NCBI GenBank assembly: GCA_964187785.1
Contig: OZ076409.1
Span: 70,930,001-70,994,000, forward strand
DNA: 64,000 nt
DNA from: Amphiscolops sp. MND2022
Taxonomy: Eukaryota
Direction of reading: 5' to 3'
Shown here piece after piece: positions 25,701 to 38,781 of this stretch. A program made the position numbers and the translations under genes. A model generated the notes under the pieces. It worked only from the letters and a program-made list of their open reading frames with translations. It had not been told where the DNA came from and did no database searches. The stretch's first letter is position 1. The number at the start of each line of letters is the position of its first letter.

Positions 25701-28700
25701 GGATATAGTTTCAGTCACCCCCCGTTACCCCTTGTGACCGGAAATGACCGTTATGTGGGTAAATTTGCAATTTTTATACTCTTTGAAGGGCATTTAGATG
25801 CGGAAGGAGTGGTAATAGGTGCTTGGACACTATATGAGGTAAGGGAGGATATGAAGCGAGCATTCGGAAATAACCGTTATGTTGACCCCAAAGTCCCCCT
25901 GGTACCGTAAACGACCGGAAATGGTCAAATTTTCTGTTTATAGGGTACAAATGTTTGGTATTTTGTAGATAAAAGTATCTATTAGGTGTTTCGACGGTCT
26001 GCAGTAGTGAACATAGTCATGAAACTTTGTGGGGGGTAACGGTATATAGCACCGGAAGTCCAAACCGTTGGAGACAGGATAGGTTTTTTGGTTTTAAAAT
26101 GTCTTTCGGCGTACTTTTGTCGACTATTAAGGACTACTTTTAAAAATTAAAGTTTTTCCATATAGTTTTAGAGACTCCGAAACCTCAACCAACATAACCG
26201 TAACCTCATGATAGCCTTTCAAGTTGGCCTGGTGTCAACTTGGAAGGGCTATCTTTCAAAAATCGTCAATCAAGTATGTTTTTGGGTATGTTTGTATCAT
26301 TTTAGAATCAAATAGAGCTTCAAGAAAAGTTTGCCAACGACAAAAACTATGTCGTGATGATTCCGTTATTAGAATAATAGTTAGCAAATTGTTGAGAAAA
26401 TTGATTTTTTCCATATAAAATGTGTCCTAATTGCCAGGAAACCCATTTAACTAACAAATGGTATTGATTGGAATGTATGTAACAGAGTTATAAAAGTTCA
26501 AATTGATTATTACGTTTCATTATGGAAGCTGAAACGTTAATATTTTAGTTTAATTAACGTCAACGCCACACACTTTACATCAACGCCCACCGTCTGTGGG
26601 CATGCCGAGGCATGCCCTTCGACGACGTATGGCAAATCCCTTCTAACGACGCCCGTACATCCCGGGCTAGGTGCGGGGGGGAAACCCCTTCCTTTATCTT
26701 GGAGGATTCGGGTAGGGTCCTGAATCCGATTTTAGTTCGCCCAGCTCTCAGTAGAAATCTGGGAAATTTTTTGCGATCTCGTGATCTAACCATAGGATTT
26801 TAAAGTTGGAGCGGCCCCCACCAGATTTTCCAAAGTTATTCGCCCCCCACCGGGTTCCAGCGTGATTGAAATATTCTGACGGGGTACACGGGCGACCGTT
26901 AGGGGTCATTTTAGGGGTAAAATTTATATCCGGTCGCATAACTTTTTTCCTGTTGGTTTAAAACTTTGGGACCCTGCTAAAAGTTTCTTGACCGTGTTGC
27001 AGTGGCTCCGGATGTCCAAACCAAATTTTTCTATCTTGAATCTATCTCCAAGTACCCCCCCGCCCAAACCGTTATTTTTCCGGAAACGCAGGTTTTTGAC
27101 CCGGAAGGAGTCGTCTGAGCGCGGGGTCGTTAGGTGATGTATTGGGGACGGCCTTGAGACGAAGCGGGGGACATGTAGTTTGCCGACCCCAGTTTACCCC
27201 CCGGACGGGAAATGACCGTTATTTGAGCGGGAAAAATGCCCCCCTCCACGTTTTACCGCTATTTCCGGTGTGAAGGAGTGGGAGTAGCGCGTCGGGTGTT
27301 ATATAACAAAAGTAGGTTTAGACAAGGACCTGTCGGAAACATGTGGTTTGGGACCCCCTGGTCCAACCCGTTAGCAGGAAATGGGGCTTCCGCCTCCTTT
27401 TATTACTGCTAAAACCGTAAAATGGGCATTGAGGGGTAAATATCTCGTGAACGCGTGGAGCTACGGTGTCCATCACTACTACAAGGTTTCATACCCACGA
27501 TATGGTGCCTTCAGGGGGGCAAACAGATTTCCGCTATCTATCACCGTTACCGACTTGGCCCCCCAGCCTAACCGCTATGTGACCGGAAATGTCACTTTTT
27601 GAGCCCAAAGGGTCGGTCCCATCCAGGGAACGTTAGGTAACTTATTGTAGTACTCAATGAGGCGAGTTGGGGGACATAGTTTCAGTCACCCCCCGTTACC
27701 CCTTGGGACCGGAAATGACCGTTATGTGGGAAAAATTGCAATATATGTACTTTTTAAAGGACTTTTAGATGCGGAAGGAGTGGTAATAGGTGCTTGGACA
27801 CTATATGATGATAGGGAGGACGTGAGGCGAGCATTCGGAAATAACCGTTATGTTGACCCTAAAGTCCCCCTGGTACCGGAAGTGACCCGTAATGGTCAAA
27901 TTTTGTGTTTAAAGGGTACAAATGTTTGGTATTTTATGGAATAAAGTACATGGAAGGTGTTTCAAAGGCATCCAGAAATGAACATAGTCATGAAACCTTG
28001 AGGGGGGTAACGGTATATAACACCGGAAGTTCAAGCCGTTGGACACAGTATAGGTTTTTTGGTTTTAAAATGCTTATGAACGTACATTTGTGGGTTGAAT
28101 TGTTCTAATATTGACTTTTTTCGATATTTTTTGACATTAAAGGTTTTTCCAATAGTTTCAGGGACCTCCAAAGCTTCAATCAACATAACCTTTACATTGT
28201 GATAGCCTTTCAAGTTGGCCTGGTGTCAACTTGGAAGGGCTATCCTTCACAAATCGTATATCAAGTGTGATTTTGAGTATGTTTTTATCACTTTAGTATC
28301 AATTAGAGCTTAATCATTAGTTTGCCAACGACAAAAACCATGTCGTGATGATTCCGTTAGTAGAAGAATAAATAACAACTTGTTGACAAAGTTGATTTTT
28401 TGCATTTAAAATGTTTCCTAAATGCCAGGAAAACGATTTACGTTATAAATGGTACTGATTGACCCAAATAACAGTTAAATAAAGTTAAACATTATTTTTT
28501 CGTTTCATTATAGAAGCTGAAACCTCACGTTTTAACTTAATAAACGTCAACGCCACATACTTTACATCAACGCCCACCGTCTGTGGGCATGCCGAGGCAT
28601 GCCCTTCGACGACGTATACCAAAATCCAATATATCTACACCCACCCGCGGTAGCAGCTAGGTGCGGGGGGGAAACCCCATCCCTTATCTTGGAGGATTCG

Positions 28701-31700
28701 GGTAGGGTCCTGAATCCGAGTTCAGTGCCGCCAGCTCTCAGTAGAAATCTGGGAATTTTTTTGCGATCTCGTGATCTAACCATAGGATTTTAAAGTTGGA
28801 GCGGCCCCCACCAGATTTTCCAAAGTTATTCGCCCCCCACCGGGTTCCAGCGTGATTGAAATATTCTGACGGGGTACACGGGCGACCGTTAGGGGTCATT
28901 TTAGGGGTAAAATTTATATAATGTCGCATAACTTTTTTCCTGTTGGATTAAAACTTTGGGACCCTGCTAAAAGTTTCTTGACCGTGTTGCGGGGCCTCCG
29001 GAGGTCCAAACCAAATTTTTCTATCTTGAAGCTATCTCCAAGTACCCCCCCGCCCAAACCGTTATTTTTCCGGAAACGCAGGTTTTTGACCCGGAAGGAG
29101 TCGTCTGAGCGCGGGGTCGTTAGGTGATGTATTGGGGACGGCCTTGAGACGAAGCGGGGGACATGTAATTTGCCGACCCCAGTTTACCCCCCGGACGGGA
29201 AATGACCGTTATATGAGCGGGATAAATGCCCCCCTCCACGTTTTACCGCTATTTCCGATGGGAAGGAGTGGGAGTAGCGCTTCGGGTGCCATATATCAAA
29301 AGTAGGTTTAGACAAGGACCTATCGGAAACATGTGGTTTGGGACCCCCTGACCCAACCCGTTAGCGGGAAATGGGGCTTCCGCCTCCTTTTTTTACACTC
29401 AAAACCGGAAAACGGGTATTGAGGGGTAAATATCTCGTGAACGCGTGGAGCAATAGTGTCCATCACTACTACAAGGTTTCATACCCATGATATGGTGCCT
29501 TCAGGGGGGCAAACAGATTACCGCTATCTATCTCCGTTACGGACTTGGCCCCCCAGCCCAACCGCTATGTGACCGGAAATGTCACTTTTTGAGCCCAAAG
29601 GGTCGGTCCCAGCCTGGGAACGTTAGGTAACTTATTGTAGTACTCATTGAGACGAGTTGGGGGACATAGTTTAAGTCACCCCCCGTTACCTCTTAGGACC
29701 GGAAATGACCGTTATGTGAGTGAAATTGCAAATTTTATACTTTTTGAAAGGCATTTAGGTGCAGAAGGAGTGGTAATAGGTGCTTAGACACTATATAATG
29801 ATAGGGAGGACGTGAGGCGAGCATTCGAAAAAAACCGTTATGTTGACCCCAAAGTCCCCCTGGTACCGTAAATGACCGGAAATGGTCAAATTTTGTGTTT
29901 AAAGGGTACAAATGTTAGGTATTTTATGGATTAAAGTACATGGAAGGTGTTTCAAAGGCCTCCAGAAGTGAACATCGTCATGAAACCTTGTGGGGGGTAA
30001 CCGTATATAGCACCGGAAGTCCAAACCGTTGGTCACAGAATAGGTTTTTTGGTTTCAAAATGTCTTTAGGCGTAGTTTTGTGGGTTGAATCGTCATAATA
30101 TCAACTATTACGGTTATTTTTTGGAAATAAAATTTTTTCACATTAGTTTCAGGGACCTCCAATGCTTCAGTCAACATAACCGTTACTTTTTGATAGCCTT
30201 TCAAGTTGGCCTGGTGTCAACTTGGAAGGGCTATCCTTCTAAAATCGTTAATCAAGAGTGTTTTTGGGTAGGTATATGTTGCATTAGTACCAATTAGAGC
30301 TTCATCAACAGTTTGCCAACGGCAAAAACGATGTCGTGATAGTTCCGTTATAAGAATATTAATTAACAAATTGTTTACAAAGTTGATTTTTTCCATTTAA
30401 AATGTGTCCTAATGCCACCAAATTGAATAAAATAATAAATGGTATTGACTAAAACTAAATAACATTGAAAAAGAAGATCAACATTTTTATTAGGTCTCAT
30501 TATGGAAGCTGAAACCTCACGTTTTAACTTAATCAACGTCAACGCCACATACTTTACATCAACGCCCACCGTCTGTGGGCATGCCGAGGCATGCCCTTCG
30601 ACGACGTATACCAAACAACCTCCATATCTACACCCGATTGCGGTAGCAGCTAGGTGCGGGGGGGAAACCCCATCCCTTATCTTGGAGGATTCGGGTAGGG
30701 TCCTGAATCCGAGTTCAGTGCCGCCAGCTCTCAGTAGAAATCTGGGAAATTTTTTGCGATCTCGTGATCTAACCATAGGATTTTAAAGTTGGAGCGGCCC
30801 CCACCAGATTTTCCAAAGTTATTCGCCCCCCACCGGGTTCCAGCGTGATTGAAATATTTTGTCGGGGTACACGGGCGACCGTTAGGGGTCATTTTAGGGG
30901 TAAAATTCATATTGGGCCACATAACTTTTTTTCTGTTGATTTAAAACTTTAGGACCCTGCTAAAAGTTTCTTGACCATGTTGCAGGGGCCCCGGAGGTCC
31001 AAACCAAATTTTTCTATCTTGAAGCTATCTCCAAGTACCCCCCCGCCCAAACCGTTATTTTTCCGGAAACGCCGGTTTTTGACCCGGAAGGAGTCGTCTG
31101 AGCGCGGGGTCGTTAGGTGATGTTTTGGGGACGGCCTCGAGACGAAGCGGGGGATATATAGTTTGCCGATCCCAGTTTACCCCCCGCACGGGAAATGACC
31201 GTTATATGAGCGGGAAAAATGCCCCCCTCCACGTTTTACCGCTATTTCCGGTGTGAAGGAGTGGGAGTAGCGCGTCGGGTGTTATATAACAAAAGTAGGT
31301 TTAGACAAGGACCTATCGAAAACATGTAGTTTGGGACCCCCTGGACCAACCCGTTAGCGAGAAATGGGGCTTCCGCCTCCTTTTTTTACTGCTAAAACCG
31401 TAAAATGGGCATTGAGGGGTAAATATCTCGTGAACGCGTGGAGCAATCGTGTCCATCACTACTACAAGGTTTCATACCCATGATATGGTGCCTTCAGGGG
31501 GGCAAACAGATTTCCGCTATCTATCACCGTTACCGACTTGGCCCCCCAGCCTAACCGCTATGTGACCGGAAATGTCACTTTTTGAGCCCAAAGGGTCGGT
31601 CCCAGACGGGGAACGTTAGGTAACTTATTGTAGTACTCAATGAGACGAGTTGGGGGATATAGTTTCAGTCACCCCCCGTTACCCCTTGGGACCGGAAATG

Positions 31701-34700
31701 ACCGTTATGTGGGTAAATTTGCAATTTTTATACTTTTTCAAGTGTATTTAGGTGCGGAAGGAGTGGTAATAGGTGCTTGGACACTATATGAGGTAAGGGA
31801 GGACGTGAGGCGAGCATTCGGAAATAACCGTTATGTTGACCCTAAAGTCCCCCTGGTACCGTAAACGACCGGAAATGGTCAAATTTTGTGTTTTTAGGGT
31901 ACAAATGATTAGAATTTTATGGAAAAAAGTACCTGGTCGGTGTTTCAACGGCTTGCAGTAGTGAACATAGTCATGAAACCTTGTGGGGGGTAACGGTATA
32001 TAGCACCGGAAGTCCAAACCGTTGGAGACAGGATAGGTATTTTGGTTTTAAAATGCCTATAAGCGTACTTTTGTGGGTTGAATCGTTTCAATATCGACTA
32101 ATTTGGATATTTTTTTGACATTGAAGGTTTTTTCAATAGTTTCAGGGACCTCCAATGCTTCAATCAATATAACCGTTACCTTATGATAGCCTTTCAAGTT
32201 GGCCTGGTGTCAACTTGGAAGGGCTATCCTTCGAAAATCGTAATTCAAGTGTGTTTTTGAGTACGTTTTTATTACTTTAATATCAATTAGAGCCTAATCA
32301 TTAGTTTGCCAACGACAAAAACTATGACGTGATGATACCGTTAGTAGAAGAATAGTTAACAATTTGTTGACAAAATTGATTTTTTGCATTTTAAATGTTT
32401 CCTAAATGCCAGGAAAACAATTTATCTAATGAATGGTACTGATTGAACCCAAGTATCATTTGAAAAAAGTTAAACATTGTTTTTTCGTTTCATTATGGAA
32501 GCTGAAACCTCACGTTTTAGGTCACTTAACGTCAACGCCACATACTTTACATCAACGTCCGCCGTCTGTGGGCATGCCGAGGCATGCCCTTCGACGACGT
32601 ATACCAATTACATATATATCTACACCCACCCGCGGTAGCAGCTAGGTGCGGGGGGGAAACCCCAACAAAATTTTTGGAGGATTCGGGTAGGGTACTGAAT
32701 CCGAGTTCAGTGCTGCCAGCTTTCGTTAAGAAAATTTGGATAGGATTCGGGATCTCGTGATCTAACCATAGGATTTTAAAGTTGGAGCGGCCCCCACCAG
32801 ATTTTCCGAAAATTAGCGCCCCCCACCGGGTTCCATACCCCGGAAAATTTTTTTCTGGCCACACGGGCGACCGTTAGGGGGTCATTTTAGGGGTAAAATT
32901 CATATTGGGCCACATAACTTTTTTTCTGTTGATTTAAAACTTTGGGACCCTGCTAAAAGTTTCTTGACCGTGTTGCAGGGGCCCCGGAGGTCCAAACCAA
33001 ATTTTTCTATCTTGAAGCTATCTCCAAGTACCCCCCCGCCCAAAACGTTATTTTTCCGGAAACGCAGGTTTTTGACCCGGAAGGAGTCGTCGGAGCGCGG
33101 GGTCGTTAGGTGATGTATTGGGGACGGCCTTGAGACGAAGTGGGGGACATGCAGTTTGCCAACCCCAGTTTACCCCCCGGACGGGAAATGACCGTTATAT
33201 GAGCGGGAAAAATGCCCCCCTCCACGTTTTACCGCTATTTCCGGTGTGAAGGAGTGGGAGTAGCGCGTCGGGTGCCATATATCAAAAGTAGGTTTAGACA
33301 AGGATCTATCGGAAACATGTGGTTTGGGACCCCCTGGACCAACCCGTTAGCAGAAAATGGGGCTTCCGGCCCGTTTTTTACGGTTAAAAACGGAAAATGG
33401 GCATTGAGGGGTAAATATCTCGTGAACGCGTGGAGCTACGGTGTCCTTCACTACTACAAGGTTTCATACCCATGATATGGTGCCTTCAGGGGGGCAAACA
33501 GATTTCCGCTATCTATCACCGTTACGGACTTGGCCCCCCAGCCTAACCGTTAAGTGACCGGAAATGTCATATTTTGAGCCCAAAGGGTCGGTCCCAGCCA
33601 GGGAACGTTAGGTAACTTATTGTAGTACTCATTGAGACGAGTTGGGGGACATAGTTTCAGTCACCCCCCGTTACCCCTTAGGACCGGAAATGACCGTTAT
33701 GTGAGTAAAATTGCCATTTTTGTCCTATTTGAAGGGCATTTAGATGCGGAAGGAGTGGTAATAGGTGCTTGGACACTATATGAGGTAAGGGAGGACGTGA
33801 GGCGAGCATTCAGACATAACCGTTATGTTGACCCTAAAGTCCCCTTGGTACCGTAAACGACCGGAAATGGGCAAATTTTGTGTCTATTGGGTACAAATGT
33901 TTGGTATTTTGTAAATAAAAGTATCTATTAGGTGTTTCAACGGTTTGCAGTAGTGAACATAGTCATGAAACCTTGTGGGGGGTAACGGTATATAGCACCG
34001 GAAATCCGAACCGTTGGAGACAGGATAGGTTTTTTGGTTTTAAAATGTCTTTCGGCGTACTTTTGTCGACTATTATGGACTATTTTTATCAATTAAAGTT
34101 TTTCCATATAGTTTCAGAGACTCCGAAACTTCAACCAACATAACCGTTACCTTATGATAGCCTTTCAAGTTGGCCTGGTGTCAACTTGGAAGGGCTATCC
34201 TTCTAAAATCGTTAATCAAGAGTGTTTTTGGGTAGGTATATATTGCATTAGTACCAATTAGAGCTTCATCAACAGTGTATCAACGACAAAAACTATGTCG
34301 TGATGATTCCGTTATCAGAATAATAGTGAGCTAATTGTTGACAAAAATAATTTTTTCCATTCAAAATGTGTCCTAAATGCCAGGAAACCTATTTTCCTAA
34401 AAAATGGTATTGATTGGAATGTATGTAACCTATTTATAAAAGTTCAAATTGATTATTACGTTTCATTATGGAAGCTGAAACGTAATATTTCAGTTTAATT
34501 AACGTCAACGCCACACACTTTACATCAACGCCCACCGTCTGTGGGCATGCCGAGGCATGCCCTTCGACGACGTATACCAAATACATACCTAACGACGCCC
34601 GTACATCCCGGGCTAGGTGCGGGGGGGAAACCCCAACAAAAATTTTGGAGGATTCGGGTAGGGTCCTGAATCCGAGTTCAGTGCTGCCAGCTTTCGTTAA

Positions 34701-36589
34701 GAAAATTTGGATAGGATTCGGGATCTCGTGATCTAACCATAGGATTTTAAAGTTGGAGCGGCCCCCACCAGATTTTCCGAAAATTAGCGCCCCCCACCGG
34801 GTTCCATACCCCGGAAAATTTTTTTCTGGCCACACGGGCGACCGTTAGGGGGTCATTTTAGGGGTAAAATTCATATTGGGCCACATAACTTTTTTTCTGT
34901 TGATTTAAAACTTTGGGACCCTGCTAAAAGTTTCTTGACCGTGTTGCAGGGGCCCCGGAGGTCCAAACCAAATTTTTCTATCTTGAAGCTATCTCCAAGT
35001 ACCCCCCCGCTCAAACCGTTATTTTTCCGGAAACGCAGGTTTTTGACCCGGAAGGAGTCGTCTGAGCGCGGGGTCGTTAGGTGATGTTTTGGGGACGGCC
35101 TTGAGACGAAGCGGGGGACATGTAGTTTGCCGACCCCAGTTTACCCCCCGCACGGGAAATGACCGTTATATGAGCGGGAAAAATGCCCCCCTCCACGTTT
35201 TACCGCTATTTCCGGTGTGAAGGAGTGGGAGTAGCGCGTCGGGTGCCATATATCAAAAGTAGGTTTAGACAAGGATCTATCGGAAACATGTGATTTGGGA
35301 CCCCCTGGACCAACCCGTTAGCAGGAAATGGGGCTTCCGGCCCGTTTTTTTACGGTTAAAAACGGAAAATGGGCATTGAGGGGTAAATATCTCGTGAACG
35401 CGTGGAGCTACGGTGTCCTTCACTACTACAAGGTTTCATACCCATGATATGGTGCCTTCAGGGGGGCAAACAGATTTCCGCTATCTATCACCGTTACGGA
35501 CTTGGCCCCCCAGCCTAACCGCTAAGTGACCGGAAATGTCACTTTTTGAGCCCAAAGGGTCGGTCCCAGCCAGGGAACGTTAGGTAACTTATTGTAGTAC
35601 TCATTGAGATGAGTTGGGGGACATAGTTTCAGTCACCCCCCGTTACACCTTAAGACCGGAAATGACCGTTATGTGAGTAAATTTGCCGTTTTTGTCCTAT
35701 TTGAAGGGCATTTAGATGCGGAAGGAGTGGTAATAGGTGCTTGGACACTATATGATGTAAGGGAGGATATGAGGCGAGCATTCGGAAATAACCGTTATGT
35801 TGACCCTAAAATCCCCCTGGTACCGTAAACGACCGGAAATGGTCAAATTTTGTGTCTATTGGGTACAAATGTTGGGTATTTTGTAGATAAAAGTATCTAT
35901 TAGGTGTTTCGACGGTCTGCAGTAGTGAACATAGTCATGAAACCTTGTAGGGGGTAACGGTATATAGCACCGGAAGTCCAAACCGTTGGTGACAGGATAG
36001 GTTTTTTGGTTTTAAAATGTCTTTCGGCGTACCTTTGTCGACTATTAAGGACTATTTTTAAAAATTAAAGATTTTCCATATAGTTTCAGAGACTCCGAAA
36101 CCTCAACCAACATAACCGTTACCTCATGATAGCCTTTCAAGTTGGCCTGGTGTCAACTTGGAAGGGCTATCCTTCAAAAATCGTCAATCAAGTGTGTTTT
36201 TGGGTATGTTTGTATCATTTTAGAATCAATTAGAGCTTCAAGAAAAGTTTCCCAACAACAAAAACTATGTCGTGAAGATTCCGTTACTAGAATTATAGTT
36301 AGCAAATTGTTGAGAAAAATGTTTTCTTTCCAAATTAAATGTGTCCTAAATGCCAGGAAACCTATTTAACTAACAAATGGTATTGATTGGAATGTATGTA
36401 ACAGATTTATAAAAGTTCAAATTGATTATTAAGTTTCATTATGGAAGCTGAAACGTAATATTTTAGTTTAATTAACGTCAACGTCACATACTTTTTATCA
36501 ACGCCCACCGTCTGTGGGCATGCCGAGGCATGCCCTTCGACGACGTATACCAAATACATACCTAACGACGCCCGTACATGCCGGGCTAG
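22727..36589 (+). mobile_element. Seven family L cassettes (ends at 24698, 26670, 28660, 30653, 32645, 34616, 36589)
   Basis: L head, body and terminal module; 1971-1993 bp each. Confidence 0.6.
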
Positions 36590-38781
36590 GTGGAGGTTAT
36601 TTTATAATAATTAAAGTGTTTTTTTCCGGAGTTTGTGGCTTTGGAAAAAACAAAAGGCGAGAAATTGGGCACTCCGGGCTGAACCGTATACACTCAAAAT
36701 TCGCCCAATATTTATACGATCTCGAAACCCAGCCGTACGATTTGGCTGAAAATTTGCATGCGGCTAAAAAATCAGATTCTAAGAACTATTTCCTGCTGAC
36801 ATTTTTTTGAAATTTTTGTGTACGTTTCCCCCCCGCCCCCTAAAGGGGTCAATTTTCCCCAATTTTGCACTTATGAGTCAAATTCTCAAAACTGGTGGAT
36901 CTGAGCGTATTCCCAGCGGGGACAACTTTTAACAAGCGCTCTTCAGTAGACCTTTTTGACTTTTTACTTTGGTGGTAGGTTCACCCCCCAAGGAGGAAAT
37001 GGCGTTTTTGTGACTTCCGGTCGAGACTTTTTTTCACCCAAAAAATTGAAATAAGCCAGTTTTGAGCAGGAAGGAGTGGATTTGAAGTGTCTGTACCCTG
37101 CTAAAAATTTGTTGGGCTTGTAGCGATATATCTCATACCAAGTCTGGTTTTCATCCCCAAACCCCCCTTGAGACCAAAATTCAAACAAACATTTTACCTC
37201 TATTTGTCGTTTTTTTCACAAAATGTCGTCATTTCTATCGGCAAAGATTTGAATTAGGGGCTCCTAATAGCGTACCAAAGTTCAAGTACACTTGGAGTGC
37301 AATTGAGTGACCCTTTTTGGGCCTCTCGTGTGTTCGGCAATGACCGGAAGTGGTATAAACCCCCCTTTTTGACGTTTGTTGACCTTGAGACTCGCGCTTA
37401 GATGACGTTTGTGTCGCGCAAATCCTACAAACCAGTATTAGGATGACATGCTAGCCAACTAGAGAGCAATAAGGGAAACTATACTATACCGGAAGTAACC
37501 CCCTCTTGACCGGAAGTTGTCATTTTTGACCGGAAATGGTCCAAAACCTAGCGTGAAAGCAGTTTTTCATTGCTTTTAATGTCAACTTAATACTTTTTTC
37601 ACTCTGCGCGAGCTTGCCTTCAGGTCCGTTAGTGTTGCCCGTGCACACTGCAACAAATATACATCTGTAAAGATTTGGCTATAATTTCGTCGGAGAGAGA
37701 AATAACGGATTTTTGTGATTTTTTTTTCAAAAATATTAGTCTTTATCTGTCATTTTTACTCAACGTTATTGAAAAGTAGAACCACAGGTGTTAGTCTCTG
37801 CACAAATATATGTCTAACAAAAGCACTTGTTCCATTGGTTGCAGTTTGAGCGATCTAGTTTTGCCTCGTCACAAGTTAGGGGACTTGAAAAACTTTCAAA
37901 ATCTTTTCCGAACTTTTTTCTAAACGTCACGTCTCTCAAAGTTAAGAAACTTCCTCACAACTAGGACTGCAAGTGAATGCATGTGGTAAGACCTATAAAT
38001 GGAGAGAAAAACTCCGTTTAGGACGTCTCTTTATCTTAACGTGACGCTAAGAGATGTTGCTTTGAATGTGAGTTTGATAATGCGTCGAGAAGTAAAAGCG
38101 TGTAAATGGAACCTTTGTCTCGATAAATACTCATTGCACAACACGCGATGAACCCCAATTACCCTCAGTTTCAGTTGTTTAGTACATCAACGTCTTCCAA
38201 AGACCTTTTATCTATTTTGAAAAGTGTCGAAATCAATATTGATATCAGTTATCATGAAACACTTGAGTACATTCTCATCTCTCCCCATCGGGTGAGATGA
38301 GAATGTTCTTGCTAAAAGCCAGGTACTACGGCCCCCTTTTGTTTTAATACGATGCATTCTCTGCTTTAGCACATATATATTTTATTTCGCCTGATTGCTT
38401 GTATACTCTCTGACTTGTTGTTATAAATCTCTCGTCATTACTTTACATAAATATACAACCAAAAATCATTATCGTCAACGCCACATACATTTAGACGCCC
38501 ACCATTCCGTAGGTATGTCGAGGCATACCTTTCGATTACGTATGTCAAAACGCAAACGCGATAAAAAGTGCTGAAAGTCTGAAACAGTGACAAACAATTT
38601 AGACTATTTGACATATGGTAGGTTTTAATATGGGAGTTACACATCACTGACATTTCACATCATTCCAGCTGACGCCCACATACCAACATCAACGCCCACC
38701 GTCCGTGGGCATGCCGAGGCATGCCCTTCGACGACGTATGCCAATTTCTGCATATCTACACTCAATTGCGGTAGCAGCTAG
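36590..38781 (+). mobile_element. Family X cassette (2192 bp)
   Basis: Head GTGGAGGTTATTTTATAAT; distinct body with an S-like 3' region; extra degenerate copy of the terminal module; sisters at 54636-59019. Confidence 0.6.
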
